This document shows positions 16,373 through 27,303 of a stretch of DNA of 46,069 bases, one piece after another. The position numbers were made by a program, and so were the translations under genes. This DNA comes from an uncultured Gammaproteobacteria bacterium. GTDB taxonomy: Bacteria; Patescibacteriota; Patescibacteriia; UBA2591; UBA6264. The notes under the pieces are model-generated. The model worked only from the letters and a program-made list of their open reading frames with translations. It did no database searches and had not been told where the DNA came from. Position 1 is the first letter of the stretch; the number at the start of each line of letters is the position of its first letter. The DNA lies in assembly GCA_964531505.1 (NCBI GenBank), contig CAZHDT010000002.1, forward strand, positions 1-46,069. The letters run 5' to 3'.

Positions 16373-17467
16373 ATGTTTAAAATAATAAAAAAATCAAAAA
16401 TATCCCAAGCGAGATTGGGAAAGATTGTTACTAAAAGAGGAGCATTATTAACACCGTTTTTTATGCCGATTGCCACGCGTGGCACAGTTAAAAATTTATC
16501 ACCCCAGGATTTAGAAGATTTAAATACGGAAATTATTTTATCAAATACTTATCATTTATTTTTAAAACCTGGACTTAAAGTTATAAAACATTCAGGCGGA
16601 TTAAATAATTTTATTGGTTGGAATAAGCCGATTTTAACTGACAGTGGCGGTTATCAAGTTTTTTCTTTAGCTAGAAAAAGAAAAATTAAAGAAAATGGTG
16701 TGGAATTCCAATCAGAAATAAATGGAGAAAGAATATTTTTAACACCTGAAAAAGCAATCAAAATCCAGCGAATTATTGATTCTGATTTAATGATGGTTTT
16801 AGACGAGTGTTTAGGATACCCAACTGATTATAAAAAAGCGGCGGTCAGTGTGAGGAGAACGACAAAATGGGCAATTAAAAGTCAAAAAGAATATTTAAAG
16901 AAAAAGAATAATCAGTTGCTTTTCGGGATTGTTCAGGGGTCTATTTATCTTGATTTAAGAATAAAAAGTGCTCAAGATCTGATTAGACAAAATTTTGATG
17001 GTTATGCTATTGGCGGAATTTTTTTAGGAGAACCAATAAGAAAAAGTTATGCCATCATAAAAAAAACCGCCGAAATATTGCCTTTTAAAAAACCTCGTTA
17101 TTTAATGGGCGCTGGTAAACCGGAGCAAATTTTGAAAGCGGTTAAATTGGGGGTTGATATGTTTGATTGCGTTATTCCCACCAGAAATGCTCGCCACGGC
17201 CTTTTATATACGAATTTAAGTTTAAATAATTCAAAACTTTCGTATAAAAAAGTTCATATTACCAACGCAAAATATAAAAATAACATTTCTCCTTTGGATA
17301 AAAAATGCAATTGTTATACTTGTCGAAATTTTTCTCAATCATATTTGAGACACCTTTTTATTGTTAATGAAAATTTTGGTCAACGATTGGCTACAATTCA
17401 TAATTTGGCTTTTTATTTTAACTTAATAAGAGAAATTAGAAATCAGATTAAAATAGGGAAATTATAA
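16373..17467 (+). CDS. tgt: tRNA-guanine (queuine) transglycosylase
   Basis: TPFFMPIATRGTVK, LSNTYHL, TDSGGYQVFSL, and the C-terminal zinc motif CNCYTCRNFSQSYLRHL. Confidence 0.93.
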   Translation: MFKIIKKSKISQARLGKIVTKRGALLTPFFMPIATRGTVKNLSPQDLEDLNTEIILSNTYHLFLKPGLKVIKHSGGLNNFIGWNKPILTDSGGYQVFSLARKRKIKENGVEFQSEINGERIFLTPEKAIKIQRIIDSDLMMVLDECLGYPTDYKKAAVSVRRTTKWAIKSQKEYLKKKNNQLLFGIVQGSIYLDLRIKSAQDLIRQNFDGYAIGGIFLGEPIRKSYAIIKKTAEILPFKKPRYLMGAGKPEQILKAVKLGVDMFDCVIPTRNARHGLLYTNLSLNNSKLSYKKVHITNAKYKNNISPLDKKCNCYTCRNFSQSYLRHLFIVNENFGQRLATIHNLAFYFNLIREIRNQIKIGKL

Positions 17468-17521
17468 AATTTTAAGTTAAGGATTTGTTTTTTAAATTAA
17501 ATCTGTTAATATTTAACCAAT

Positions 17522-18868
17522 ATGATTAAATCAATGGAAAAAATAATTTCTTTGGCAAAGCGCCGCGGTTTTATTTTTCCTTCTTCGGAAATTTACGGTG
17601 GCCTATCTTCTTGTTATGATTACGGTCCTTTGGGGGTGGAATTAAAAAATAATATTAAAAGAGCCTGGTGGAAGAAAATAGTTCAAGAAAATGAAAAAGT
17701 GGTTGGCTTGGACGCTTCAATTTTAATGAATCCAAAAGTTTGGGAAGCATCTGGTCATTTAAAGGGTTTTGTTGATCCGTTAGTGGAATGTAAAAAATGT
17801 CATAAACGTTTTCGTCAAGACGATTTAAAAGAAAATAAATGCCCTGATTGTGGCGGAGAATTAACGGAAAAGAAAAATTTTAATCTTCTTTTTAAAACTT
17901 TTATGGGGCCGACTGAGGACCAGTCCTCAGAAATCTATCTTCGGCCGGAAACAGCGCAGGGCATTTTTGTTAATTTTAAAAATGTGGTCCAATCAAGCAG
18001 AATGAAAATTCCTTTTGGAATTGCTCAAATTGGCAAATCTTTTCGTAATGAAATTACCCCTGGCAATTTCATTTTTCGAACTAGAGAGTTTGAACAAATG
18101 GAATTGGAATTTTTTACTTATCCCAAGGAAGCAGAAAAATGGTATCAATATTGGAAAGAACAAAGGTTTAATTGGTATTTGGATTTAGGAATCAAAAAAG
18201 AGAATTTGCGTTTAAGAGAGCATAAAAGCAATGAATTAGCACATTACGCCAAAGGCTGTTCTGATATTGAATATTCTTTTCCATTTTCCACCAAATCAGG
18301 AGAAAAAGAGGATAAAATTTGGTCAGAATTGGAAGGAATTGCTTATCGAGGCGATTTTGATTTGATTCAACATCAAACTTTTTCTCATGAAGAGTTGGCT
18401 ATTTTAGATGAAAATGGTGAAAAATTTATTCCCCATGTGATTGAACCTTCTGCCGGAGTAGAGAGGCCGTTGTTGGCTTTTCTAATTGATGCTTATGAAG
18501 AAGTGGAGGGAGGAAGAAGTATCACTACGGAATCCAATAAAAGTGAAGAGGTAGTTTTACGTTTACATAAAGATTTAGCCCCAATTAAAGTAGCAATTTT
18601 ACCATTATCTAAAAAAGAGCCGTTAATTGAATTAGCAAGGTCAATTGAAACTGATTTAAGAAAATATTGGATGGTCCAATATGATGAAATTTCCTCTATT
18701 GGTCGTCGATATCGTCGTCAGGATGAAATTGGAACTTTATATTGTTTAACTGTTGATTTTGAAAGTTTAGATGATAAAAAAATAACCATTAGGGATAGGG
18801 ATACAATGAAACAAGAAAGAATTTCCATTATGGAAATAGTGCCTTATTTAAAAGAAAAATTAGATTAA
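17522..18868 (+). CDS. glyQS: Glycine--tRNA ligase (dimeric class II type)
   Basis: LAKRRGFIFPSSEIYGGLSSCYDYGPLGVELKNNIKRAWW, a CxxC...CxxC insertion, and LRPETAQG. Confidence 0.95.
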   Translation: MIKSMEKIISLAKRRGFIFPSSEIYGGLSSCYDYGPLGVELKNNIKRAWWKKIVQENEKVVGLDASILMNPKVWEASGHLKGFVDPLVECKKCHKRFRQDDLKENKCPDCGGELTEKKNFNLLFKTFMGPTEDQSSEIYLRPETAQGIFVNFKNVVQSSRMKIPFGIAQIGKSFRNEITPGNFIFRTREFEQMELEFFTYPKEAEKWYQYWKEQRFNWYLDLGIKKENLRLREHKSNELAHYAKGCSDIEYSFPFSTKSGEKEDKIWSELEGIAYRGDFDLIQHQTFSHEELAILDENGEKFIPHVIEPSAGVERPLLAFLIDAYEEVEGGRSITTESNKSEEVVLRLHKDLAPIKVAILPLSKKEPLIELARSIETDLRKYWMVQYDEISSIGRRYRRQDEIGTLYCLTVDFESLDDKKITIRDRDTMKQERISIMEIVPYLKEKLD

Positions 18869-18880
18869 TTGGATTTTAAG

Positions 18881-20155
18881 ATGTATTTTCAAACGACTTT
18901 ATCAAATAAAATTAAATTAGTTACCGTTCCGATTAAAAACATTGATACAGCAACGGTTTTATTTTTATTTCCCATTGGTTCGCGTCATGAAAGCCAAAAT
19001 TTACATGGAGGGTCTCATTTTATTGAGCATATGATGTTTAAGGGAACTAAAAAAAGGCCGAATAGTTTGGCTATTAGTAAAGAATTGGATAAAATCGGCG
19101 CCTATTTTAACGCTTTTACTGGAAAGGACCACACGGGATATTTTATTAAAACAGTTAATAAAAAAATAGAATTGGCAATAGATGTTTTAAGCGATATGGT
19201 TTTTAATTCAATTTTTGAAAAGCAGGAGTTTGAAAGGGAAAAAGGGGTTATTATTGAAGAAATAAAAATGGACCAAGAAAATCCTCTTCTTTTTTCCGAC
19301 GATTTTTTTGAACAGAATCTTTATCAAAATCATTCTTTGGGGGATTTGATTATTGGAAATATTAGTAGTATTAAAAAAATGAATAGAATGGATTTAATAG
19401 ATTACCGAGATAGGTTTTATCAATCTGGACAAATGATTATTGCGGTTGCCGGAGGAGTTAAAACACAGGAAATTATAAAAAATATAGAAAAATGTCTTAA
19501 ATTAAAAAACAGTAAAAAAATAGAAAATAAAATAGAAAGATTTTCTTTAAAAGAAAAGAAATTAAATCATCAGGTAAATATTTCGTTTAAAAAATTATCT
19601 CAAGCGCATGTTGTTTTAGGCGGGTTTGGCTTTTCTTACGGTCATCCGAAATTAAACGCATTAAAAATATTATCTGTTATTTTAGGCGGAAACATGAGTT
19701 CTCGTTTATTTTTGGAAATCAGGGAAAAAAGAGGTTTAGCTTACTCTGTTAATATGCAAAATCATTCATATCAAGATATCGGCCATTATTTGATTTCTGC
19801 CGGAGTGGATAAAAGTAAAGCCGTGGAAACAGTAAAAGTAATTATTAACGAATTATTTAAAATAAAAGAAAAAGGGATTACTTTAAGTGAACTTAAAATG
19901 GCTAAAGATTATTTAATTGGTTCAACTAAATTAGGGCTAGAAGATTCCTTTAAATATGCTTATGGTTATGGAAAACAACTTTTATTAACCGGGAAAATTG
20001 AGAGTTTTGATCAACGGTTAGCTAATTTAAAAAAAGTGACCAAAAAAGAAGTCAATTCTTTAGCTAATGAAGTTTTTAATAATTTTAGCCTTTCCTTAAT
20101 TGGTCCCTTTAAAGATAAAGCGGTATTCTTGCGGATTTTAAAAAATGTAATATAA
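18881..20155 (+). CDS. M16-family (pitrilysin-like) zinc peptidase
   Basis: Inverted zinc motif HxxEH in GGSHFIEHMMFKGT. ATG at 18881 is preferred over the track's TTG at 18869, which directly abuts the glyQS stop. Confidence 0.85.
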   Translation: MYFQTTLSNKIKLVTVPIKNIDTATVLFLFPIGSRHESQNLHGGSHFIEHMMFKGTKKRPNSLAISKELDKIGAYFNAFTGKDHTGYFIKTVNKKIELAIDVLSDMVFNSIFEKQEFEREKGVIIEEIKMDQENPLLFSDDFFEQNLYQNHSLGDLIIGNISSIKKMNRMDLIDYRDRFYQSGQMIIAVAGGVKTQEIIKNIEKCLKLKNSKKIENKIERFSLKEKKLNHQVNISFKKLSQAHVVLGGFGFSYGHPKLNALKILSVILGGNMSSRLFLEIREKRGLAYSVNMQNHSYQDIGHYLISAGVDKSKAVETVKVIINELFKIKEKGITLSELKMAKDYLIGSTKLGLEDSFKYAYGYGKQLLLTGKIESFDQRLANLKKVTKKEVNSLANEVFNNFSLSLIGPFKDKAVFLRILKNVI

Positions 20156-20196
20156 TAAAAAGATAATATAGTTTATTAATATTTTAATGAATAATT

Positions 20197-21246
20197 ATGG
20201 AAAATGATAACCATAATCATAAAGAAAACATCACTTTGATTAAATTAGATATTTGGTCAATTCTAAAAATAGTTTTAATAATGCTTGGTTTATGGATCTT
20301 ATATTTTTTAAGAGATGTTATTTTAATTGTTTTAATTGCTGGTCTATTAGCGGCAATTATTAATCCGATTGTCAATTTCTTTGAAAAGAAAAAAATTCCC
20401 CGTTTATTAGGAGCAGCTTTTGTTTATTTGGGCGTTTTATCGATTTTAATTTTGGTTGCTTTAGCTATTATTCCGGCCGTAGCAGAACAGGGGCAGCTTT
20501 TCGTTGACCAAATACCAAATCTTTTGAAGACAATTTTTAATAAAGTGGAACCTGGTCTTCAAGCTAATTCCGGAAAAGAATTTTCAGATTTACTTACCAA
20601 TTGGTTTGAGCTTTCTTCTTTTAATACAAGTTCTTTTTTATCAGTGGTAGGGGGAGTAGCTGGACAAGTTGTTTCATTCTTTATGGTTTTTATTTTAGCT
20701 TTTTATATGTCAGTAAGAAAAAAGTGTTTGACCGGCTTTGTTGAATCAATTACTCCTCAAAAGTATAAGGATTTTTTAAAAAATTTTATGGAATCAGTCC
20801 AAAGCGAAATCGGCGCTTGGGCAAGAGGGCTTTTACTTCTTTGTCTTTTTGTTGGCAGTTTAGCTTATTTGGGATTGTTGATTCTGGGAGTAAAATTTTC
20901 TTTGACTTTAGCAATGATTGCCGGCTTAACAGAAGTAATTCCCTATCTTGGTCCTTGGTTAGGAGCAATTCCCGCGGTTTTAATCGCTTTTACTCAATCA
21001 CCCACTTTGGGTTTATTAACTATGCTTTTATATTTGATTATTCAACAAGTGGAAAATGCTTTTATTTCTCCTTATGTTATGCATCGCGCGGTAGGACTTG
21101 ATCCTTTAGTTATTGTTTTAGCCTTAATTGTTGGCGGGAAAATTGCTGGTCCAATTGGTATGATTTTAGCCGTTCCAGCCGCTACAATTATAAGTATTTT
21201 AAATAGGTATTATTGTAAGTATAAACAAAAAGTGGTGGTAAATTAA
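20197..21246 (+). CDS. AI-2E / PerM (UPF0118) family transporter
   Basis: 349 aa, polytopic, with the characteristic ...GLTEVIPYLGPWLGAIPAVLIAF... segment. Confidence 0.8.
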   Translation: MENDNHNHKENITLIKLDIWSILKIVLIMLGLWILYFLRDVILIVLIAGLLAAIINPIVNFFEKKKIPRLLGAAFVYLGVLSILILVALAIIPAVAEQGQLFVDQIPNLLKTIFNKVEPGLQANSGKEFSDLLTNWFELSSFNTSSFLSVVGGVAGQVVSFFMVFILAFYMSVRKKCLTGFVESITPQKYKDFLKNFMESVQSEIGAWARGLLLLCLFVGSLAYLGLLILGVKFSLTLAMIAGLTEVIPYLGPWLGAIPAVLIAFTQSPTLGLLTMLLYLIIQQVENAFISPYVMHRAVGLDPLVIVLALIVGGKIAGPIGMILAVPAATIISILNRYYCKYKQKVVVN

Positions 21247-21275
21247 TTGAAAGTTTTTAAAGAAATTTATTTATT

Positions 21276-22283
21276 ATGTTTACAAAAAAAATTGGAATTG
21301 ATTTGGGAACAACCAATATTTTAGTTTATTTGCCAGATAAAGGGATTGTTACTAATGAGCCTTCAGTAGTAGCGATTTCCACTATTGATAAAAGTATTTT
21401 AGCAGTCGGAGATGAGGCAAAAGAAATGATTGGACGGACCCCGGATACGATTATTGCTCGTCGGCCATTAAAAGACGGCGTAATTGCTGATTATAAAACC
21501 ACAGAGGCAATGTTAAAATATTTTATTGGCAAAGTAGTTGGCCGTTTTAATATTTTTCGTCCAGAAGTAATGGTCGCGGTTCCAGGCGGGATAACTTCTT
21601 CAGAAAGAAGGGCGGTTGTTGATGCCACGATGAGGTCGGGAGCTAAGGCGGCTTATATTATTAAAGAACCAATTGCGGCGGCCATCGGTTCCAACATTCC
21701 CATCGGTTCGGCTTCTGGCCACATGATTATTGATATTGGAGGAGGAACAACTGAAGCAGCGGTAATTTCATTGGGAGGAATTGTTACTTGCACTTCTGTT
21801 CGGGTGGCGGGAAATAAATTTGACGCCGCGATCGCTAATTTTATTAAAAAAAAATATAATTTAGCAGTTGGAGAGAGAACTGCCGAAGAAATAAAAATTA
21901 AAATCGGCTCAGCCCTGCCCTTGGAAAAGAAATTAACTTTAGATATTAAGGGAAGAGATATGATTTTGGGTCTTCCGCGAATAATAAATATTAATTCAGA
22001 TGATGTTACAGAGGCAATTCAAGAAGAATTAAAAGCGATTGTTTTGGCGGTTAAATCGGTTCTTTATGAAACTCCTCCGGAACTTTCCGCTGATGTTATG
22101 GAAAAAGGAATGGTGTTGTCAGGAGGAAGCTCTTTATTAAGAAATTTAGATAAATTATTAACTAATGCAATCGGTGTTCCAGCTTATTTAGCCGACGAAC
22201 CATTGCTTTCTGTAGCGCGGGGAACCGGAATGGCTTTAGATAATTTGGAATCTTATAAGAGAAGCATCTTGGCCATGAAATAG
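21276..22283 (+). CDS. mreB: Rod-shape-determining actin homologue MreB (copy 1)
   Basis: IGIDLGTTNILVY...NEPSVVAI...DIGGGTTE...VLSGGSSLLRNLDKLL. Confidence 0.93.
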   Translation: MFTKKIGIDLGTTNILVYLPDKGIVTNEPSVVAISTIDKSILAVGDEAKEMIGRTPDTIIARRPLKDGVIADYKTTEAMLKYFIGKVVGRFNIFRPEVMVAVPGGITSSERRAVVDATMRSGAKAAYIIKEPIAAAIGSNIPIGSASGHMIIDIGGGTTEAAVISLGGIVTCTSVRVAGNKFDAAIANFIKKKYNLAVGERTAEEIKIKIGSALPLEKKLTLDIKGRDMILGLPRIININSDDVTEAIQEELKAIVLAVKSVLYETPPELSADVMEKGMVLSGGSSLLRNLDKLLTNAIGVPAYLADEPLLSVARGTGMALDNLESYKRSILAMK

Positions 22284-22351
22284 AAATTATTAACGTCAAA
22301 AGGCCGGATTAATAAGAAAACATTTTTGGCGGATAGATTAATTTTTAATAA

Positions 22352-23461
22352 ATGATTATTGGCATTGACGCCTCTCAAGCAAATAAGAATAAAAAAACTG
22401 GAGTTGAATGGTGTTCTTATTATCTTATTCAAGAATTAAAAAAAATTCCCCTTAAATCGGGGGATAAATTTGTTTTATATTCCCAAGACAGTTTGTCAAA
22501 AGATTTAAATCAATTACCTGATAATTGGAAAAGTAGGGTTTTAAAATGGCCGAAAGGTTTTTTTTGGACCCAGATACGGTTATTTTGGGAATTAAAAAAT
22601 AACCCCCCAGATATCTTTTTTACTCCGGGTTATTATCCACCCCTTTTAAATCGAACTAAAAGTGTTTTTATAATCCACGACTTAGGTTTAATTTTTTTTA
22701 AAAAAAAGCATTCTTTAAAAGAAAAATGGATTGATATTTTATTGCAAAAGAGAGCAATTAAAAAAGCGGCAAAAATTATTGTTCCTTCTTATTTTGTTAA
22801 GAAAACTATTTTAGAAAATTTTTCTATTTCAAAAGAAAAGATTAAAGTGATTTTTGAAGGTTATGACCAGCAGAGATTTAATTTAGAAAAAGACTCTAAA
22901 AATATAGAAAATATTTTGCAAAAATATCAAATTAAAAAGCCTTATTTCCTTTTTGTTGGACGGTTAACAAAAAGAAAAAATTTGGTAAATTTGATAAAAG
23001 CCCACAGTCTTTTAAATAAAATAAATTCTAAAAAACCAGATTTGCTTTTAGTTGGAAAACCCGGTTATGGTTATCAAGAAATTAAAAAGGAAATTTTAAA
23101 GAATAAAGGAATAAAAGAAATTGGTTATATTCCCGAATTAGAGTTAAAAACCATTTATCAAGAAGCCTTGGCTTTCATTTTCCCTTCTCTTTATGAAGGA
23201 TTTGGTTTGCCGATTTTTGAAGCAATGGCTTGTGGTGTTCCGGTTCTTGCCAGTAAAATAGAACCTTTTATTGAGATAGGAGAAAAAGAAATTTTATTTT
23301 TTAACCAAAATAAAATTCAGGAAATTACTGAAAAAATGGATTTAATCATTCAAGACAAAGAATTAAGATTTCATTTAATTAAAGCGGGTTTAAAAAGGAT
23401 AAAATATTTTTCTTGGCAAAAAACAGCGGAACAATTAATGGATATATTTTTAAATCTCTAA
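22352..23461 (+). CDS. Glycosyltransferase family 4 (paralogue of 12113..13285)
   Basis: FPSLYEGFGLPIFEAMACGVPVLAS. The nucleotide stretch around 23185 is near-identical to that around 13000 (ccttctctttatgaaggatt.gg...ccgatt.ttgaagcaatggc). Confidence 0.85.
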   Translation: MIIGIDASQANKNKKTGVEWCSYYLIQELKKIPLKSGDKFVLYSQDSLSKDLNQLPDNWKSRVLKWPKGFFWTQIRLFWELKNNPPDIFFTPGYYPPLLNRTKSVFIIHDLGLIFFKKKHSLKEKWIDILLQKRAIKKAAKIIVPSYFVKKTILENFSISKEKIKVIFEGYDQQRFNLEKDSKNIENILQKYQIKKPYFLFVGRLTKRKNLVNLIKAHSLLNKINSKKPDLLLVGKPGYGYQEIKKEILKNKGIKEIGYIPELELKTIYQEALAFIFPSLYEGFGLPIFEAMACGVPVLASKIEPFIEIGEKEILFFNQNKIQEITEKMDLIIQDKELRFHLIKAGLKRIKYFSWQKTAEQLMDIFLNL

Positions 23462-23486
23462 TAATTTTTGTTTAATTATCCAAATT

Positions 23487-24455
23487 ATGGAAATTATCGG
23501 TCATCAAAAAAATATTGATTTTTTAAACAAAAGTTTAATTAACGAAAAGATTGCCCATGCTTATCTTTTTTATGGTCCGGAGAAAATAGGGAAGACTAAG
23601 GTGGCGGAATATTTTATTACTAAGTTATTCTGTTCTGGAAAAAAAGATTTAAATTCTGAACCATGTGGCCGTTGTGACCATTGTCGCCAGATTTCAAAAC
23701 ACATTCATCCAGATATTTTTTGGTTATCAACCGAACCAGGGGAGACAATTGGAGTGGAACAGGGGAGAATAATCAAAGAATTTATTTTTTCAACACCCTT
23801 TTCTGCAACTCACAAAGCTGTTATAATAGAAAAGGCTGATTGTCTTACTTTAGCGGCGGCTAATTCTCTTTTAAAGTTTTTAGAAGAACCGCCCTTGGAT
23901 TCAGTAATTATTTTAATTAATAGAGATTTTAATCATTTGCCCCCAACAATTAGATCAAGGTGTCAAATTTTGAGATTTACCGCACCCTTTAAGAAAGAAA
24001 TTGAAAATTTCTTTAAAAATAATTTTAGTTTAAAGGGCAATCAATTAGAAGAAATTCTAGATCTTTCTCATAATTTGCCGGGATTGGCAATTGAGTTTGC
24101 AAAAAATCTGGAGAAATTGGAGCAAAAAAGAAAAATGATTGAAGAAATAATTTTTCTTTTAGCAAAAAAAGATTTAGAAAGTAAATTAAAATTAGCCAGT
24201 TTAATGTTAGAAATAGAAACTAATCCGGAAAAAAATCTTGATTGTTTATTAATCGTTCTTAGGGAACTAATTTTGTTTAAAAATGGCCTTAATTTTCAAA
24301 GAAAAACATTTAATTTTTTGGAAAAAACTAAAGAAATATATTCTTTAATTGATTTAGAAAACTTCATTAATCAAATTTTTAAAACAAAAGTTTTAATTAG
24401 AGCCAATGTTAATAAAAAAATGGCTTTAGAAAATTTATTCATTAATTTAAATTAA
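23487..24455 (+). CDS. holB: DNA polymerase III delta-prime subunit
   Basis: HAYLFYGPEKIGKT, zinc module CGRCDHCRQI, SRC motif in PPTIRSRCQILRF. Confidence 0.85.
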   Translation: MEIIGHQKNIDFLNKSLINEKIAHAYLFYGPEKIGKTKVAEYFITKLFCSGKKDLNSEPCGRCDHCRQISKHIHPDIFWLSTEPGETIGVEQGRIIKEFIFSTPFSATHKAVIIEKADCLTLAAANSLLKFLEEPPLDSVIILINRDFNHLPPTIRSRCQILRFTAPFKKEIENFFKNNFSLKGNQLEEILDLSHNLPGLAIEFAKNLEKLEQKRKMIEEIIFLLAKKDLESKLKLASLMLEIETNPEKNLDCLLIVLRELILFKNGLNFQRKTFNFLEKTKEIYSLIDLENFINQIFKTKVLIRANVNKKMALENLFINLN

Positions 24456-24468
24456 ATTTAGAAGAATT

Positions 24469-25521
24469 ATGAGAAAAAAAATAAGTATTTTAATTGTTTT
24501 TGTATTAATTGTTATTTTAACTAGCGGGTGTCTTAGGGTAAATCGCGAAGTTTATCAGGGAGGCATTTATAAATCAATTACTAAGGCGGATTCCTGGGAA
24601 CAAAAAGTTGCTTTACTTGGTTTACCTGGTCAAATGAATTTTATTGACAATCTTGAAGTTAACATCTTAGTTTTTGATCCTCAGGATAGCAACACAATTT
24701 ATTTAGGGACAAAAGATAACGGTTTATTTGTTACTTATAATACTGGGGACGCTTGGCAAAAAATTACTAGACTTAATCAAAACAAAATTAATGCGGTAGC
24801 GATTGACCCGAGAGCTAAACATATTGTTTATGTTGCGACTGCTAATCAGATTTTTAAAACTAGAGACGCCAATCGAACTTGGCAGGGAGTTTATCTTGAC
24901 GCTGTTCCAGGAGTGGAAATAATGTCTTTGGCAATCAGTCCGTTCTTGTCAAATTTGATTTTCGCTGGCACTTCAGATGGGCGTTTTATTATGAGCGAGG
25001 ATGGAGGAATTAGTTGGAAAAATATTCAAAATTTTGACGGAAAAATAAAAGAAATTCTTATTAATCCCAATAATTCGAAAATAATTTATTTAAATATAGA
25101 ATCTAAAGGAATTTATTATTCTGAGAATCAAGGAGAAGATTGGATTTCTTTGAAAGAAGATTGTCAGGGTTTTTCTAATCCCAGCAATATTGATCAGATA
25201 ATCTTTGACCCGAATTTCCCAGATACTTTATTTAGTGTTTGTCAGGGAGATATTTTTAAAACTCAGAATCAGGGGAAAACTTGGCAACAATATCAGCTTT
25301 TAGTTTCTAATAATAAGTTAAAAATAAATAATTTAGCGATTAACCCCCAGGATTCAAATTTTATATATTATCTTACCAATAAAGCTTTATATAAATCAGT
25401 TGATGGGGGGGAAAATTGGATTACCAAGCCATTACCAACAAGAAGAATCCCGGCTAAAATAATTATTGATCCAGTTAATCCAGATATTGTCTATTTGGGA
25501 GTCGGCGGAATAATAAAATAA
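24469..25521 (+). CDS. Secreted/lipoprotein beta-propeller protein with BNR/Asp-box repeats
   Basis: Signal peptide ending LTSGC (possible lipobox). Repeated SxDxGxxW-type boxes: NTGDAWQK, EDGGISWKN, ENQGEDWIS, QNQGKTWQQ, VDGGENWIT. Confidence 0.7.
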   Translation: MRKKISILIVFVLIVILTSGCLRVNREVYQGGIYKSITKADSWEQKVALLGLPGQMNFIDNLEVNILVFDPQDSNTIYLGTKDNGLFVTYNTGDAWQKITRLNQNKINAVAIDPRAKHIVYVATANQIFKTRDANRTWQGVYLDAVPGVEIMSLAISPFLSNLIFAGTSDGRFIMSEDGGISWKNIQNFDGKIKEILINPNNSKIIYLNIESKGIYYSENQGEDWISLKEDCQGFSNPSNIDQIIFDPNFPDTLFSVCQGDIFKTQNQGKTWQQYQLLVSNNKLKINNLAINPQDSNFIYYLTNKALYKSVDGGENWITKPLPTRRIPAKIIIDPVNPDIVYLGVGGIIK

Positions 25522-25569
25522 ATATTTTTAATTGATTAAATTTTTAATTAAAAAATAACAAATTTTTTT

Positions 25570-26124
25570 ATGGAACAAATTATTAGCGATCATCAGGAAG
25601 ATTTTGAACACGCGATAGAATTTTTTAAAAAAGACATCCAGAGTTTAAGGACCAATCGAGCTAATCCGGAATTAGTTGCCCATATTTTAATTGAAGTTTA
25701 TGGAACAAAAACTCCTTTGGAACAATTAGCAACATTAAATAATCCTGAACCAAGAACGATTGTTATTCAGCCCTGGGATAAGAGTATTTTAAAACAGATA
25801 GAACAAGCTTTAAATAAAATTGATTTGGGAGCTAGCCCGGTTATTAATGAAGGATTAATCCGTTTATCCTTCCCGACTTTAAACGAAGAAAGAAGGAAGA
25901 GTTTAATTAAGGTTTTACACGAAAAAATGGAAAATGCTAAAAAATCATTAAGAATTGTAAGAGATAAAATTAGAGATGAAATTGTTAAAGCAGAAAGAGG
26001 AAAAGAAATTTCCGAAGATGAGAAATATCGCCTTTTTAGTGAATTGGATAAAATTGCTGTTGAATTTCAAGAAAAAATAAAAATGGTTGGAGAAAAAAAA
26101 GAGCAGGAAATATCTGTTATTTAA
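25570..26124 (+). CDS. frr: Ribosome recycling factor
   Basis: 184 aa. FKKDIQSLRTNRANPELVAHILIEVYGTKTPLEQLA and SFPTLNEERRKSL are typical of RRF. Confidence 0.93.
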   Translation: MEQIISDHQEDFEHAIEFFKKDIQSLRTNRANPELVAHILIEVYGTKTPLEQLATLNNPEPRTIVIQPWDKSILKQIEQALNKIDLGASPVINEGLIRLSFPTLNEERRKSLIKVLHEKMENAKKSLRIVRDKIRDEIVKAERGKEISEDEKYRLFSELDKIAVEFQEKIKMVGEKKEQEISVI

Positions 26125-26148
26125 ATGATTGTTTAAAATTATTTTTTT

Positions 26149-27297
26149 ATGTTTGTTATTTTTGCTATTATTGGATTGAGTATTTTGATTTTTTTTCACG
26201 AATTTGGACATTTTATCACCGCTAAGATTTTTAAAATAAAAGTAGAAGAATTCGGTTTAGGTTACCCCCCCCGTTTAGGCGGTTTTATTTTTAAAAAATC
26301 GCTGATGAAATTAAAATTCTTTTTCGGGAGAAATCAACCCAGGGATTTGGAAAATCAAACAATTTATTCTTTAAATTGGATTCCTTTTGGCGGTTTTAAT
26401 AGATTAAAAGGGGAAATGGGTGATGAAGATAATTCTCCCGATAGTTTTTTTGCTCAAATTTGGTGGAAAAAAGCAATTGTCGCTTTAGGAGGGGCGGGTA
26501 TGAATATTATTTTAGCTTTTTTAATCTTTGTTTTATGTTATACGGTCGGTTTGCCCCAGGAAATTGATGATTTAAGAAATGGAAAGATTTTAGAACCAAT
26601 TGGCATCCAAATTGGGATGATCTACCCGAATTCTCCAGCGGAGATAAATGGGCTTAAAATAGGAGATATTATTATCGCCTTGAATGGAGAAGAAGCAAAA
26701 TCAGTTGAACAGGTTCAAGCAAAAATAAAAGAAAATTGGAATGCCAAATTGATGTTTAAAATTAAGAGACAAGAAAAAATAATGGAAAAAGAGATTGAAG
26801 TAATTTCCGCTCAAGATATTTTTTCCGATTGGCCGGTTTCCGAACAAGGAGCAATCGGTATTGCTTTATCAGAAGTGGCTTTAATTTCATATCCTTTCCC
26901 CCAAGCGATTAAATTGGGTTTTAAAACAACAGTTTCTTTAATGTCGCAAATTACTTCCGGTTTGGGTTTAATTTTTAAAAATCTTTTTTTTCACGGAAAA
27001 ATGGTAGGTAAATTTTTAGGACCAGTGGGTATTACTAATATGGCAGCTCAAATGGCCCAAGTAGGAATTATTTATTTACTCCAATTTGTTGGATTGCTTT
27101 CAGTAGCCATTGGTATTTTCCAAATAATTCCTTTTCCAGCTTTGGATGGATCAAGGGTTTTATTGTCTTTAATAGAGGGAATAAGGGGAAAGTCTTTAAA
27201 AAGAAAAACAGAAAATATTTTATTTAGCCTCGGATTTTATTTGCTTTTATTACTTCTAATATTTATTACTTTAAAGGAAGTATTCAATTTATTTTAA
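26149..27297 (+). CDS. rseP: RIP metalloprotease RseP (M50 with PDZ domain)
   Basis: HEFGHFITAK near the N-terminus, PDZ-like segment PNSPAEINGLKIGDIIIALNGE, and C-terminal IPFPALDGSRV. Confidence 0.88.
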   Translation: MFVIFAIIGLSILIFFHEFGHFITAKIFKIKVEEFGLGYPPRLGGFIFKKSLMKLKFFFGRNQPRDLENQTIYSLNWIPFGGFNRLKGEMGDEDNSPDSFFAQIWWKKAIVALGGAGMNIILAFLIFVLCYTVGLPQEIDDLRNGKILEPIGIQIGMIYPNSPAEINGLKIGDIIIALNGEEAKSVEQVQAKIKENWNAKLMFKIKRQEKIMEKEIEVISAQDIFSDWPVSEQGAIGIALSEVALISYPFPQAIKLGFKTTVSLMSQITSGLGLIFKNLFFHGKMVGKFLGPVGITNMAAQMAQVGIIYLLQFVGLLSVAIGIFQIIPFPALDGSRVLLSLIEGIRGKSLKRKTENILFSLGFYLLLLLLIFITLKEVFNLF

Positions 27298-27303
27298 AGT
27301 TAT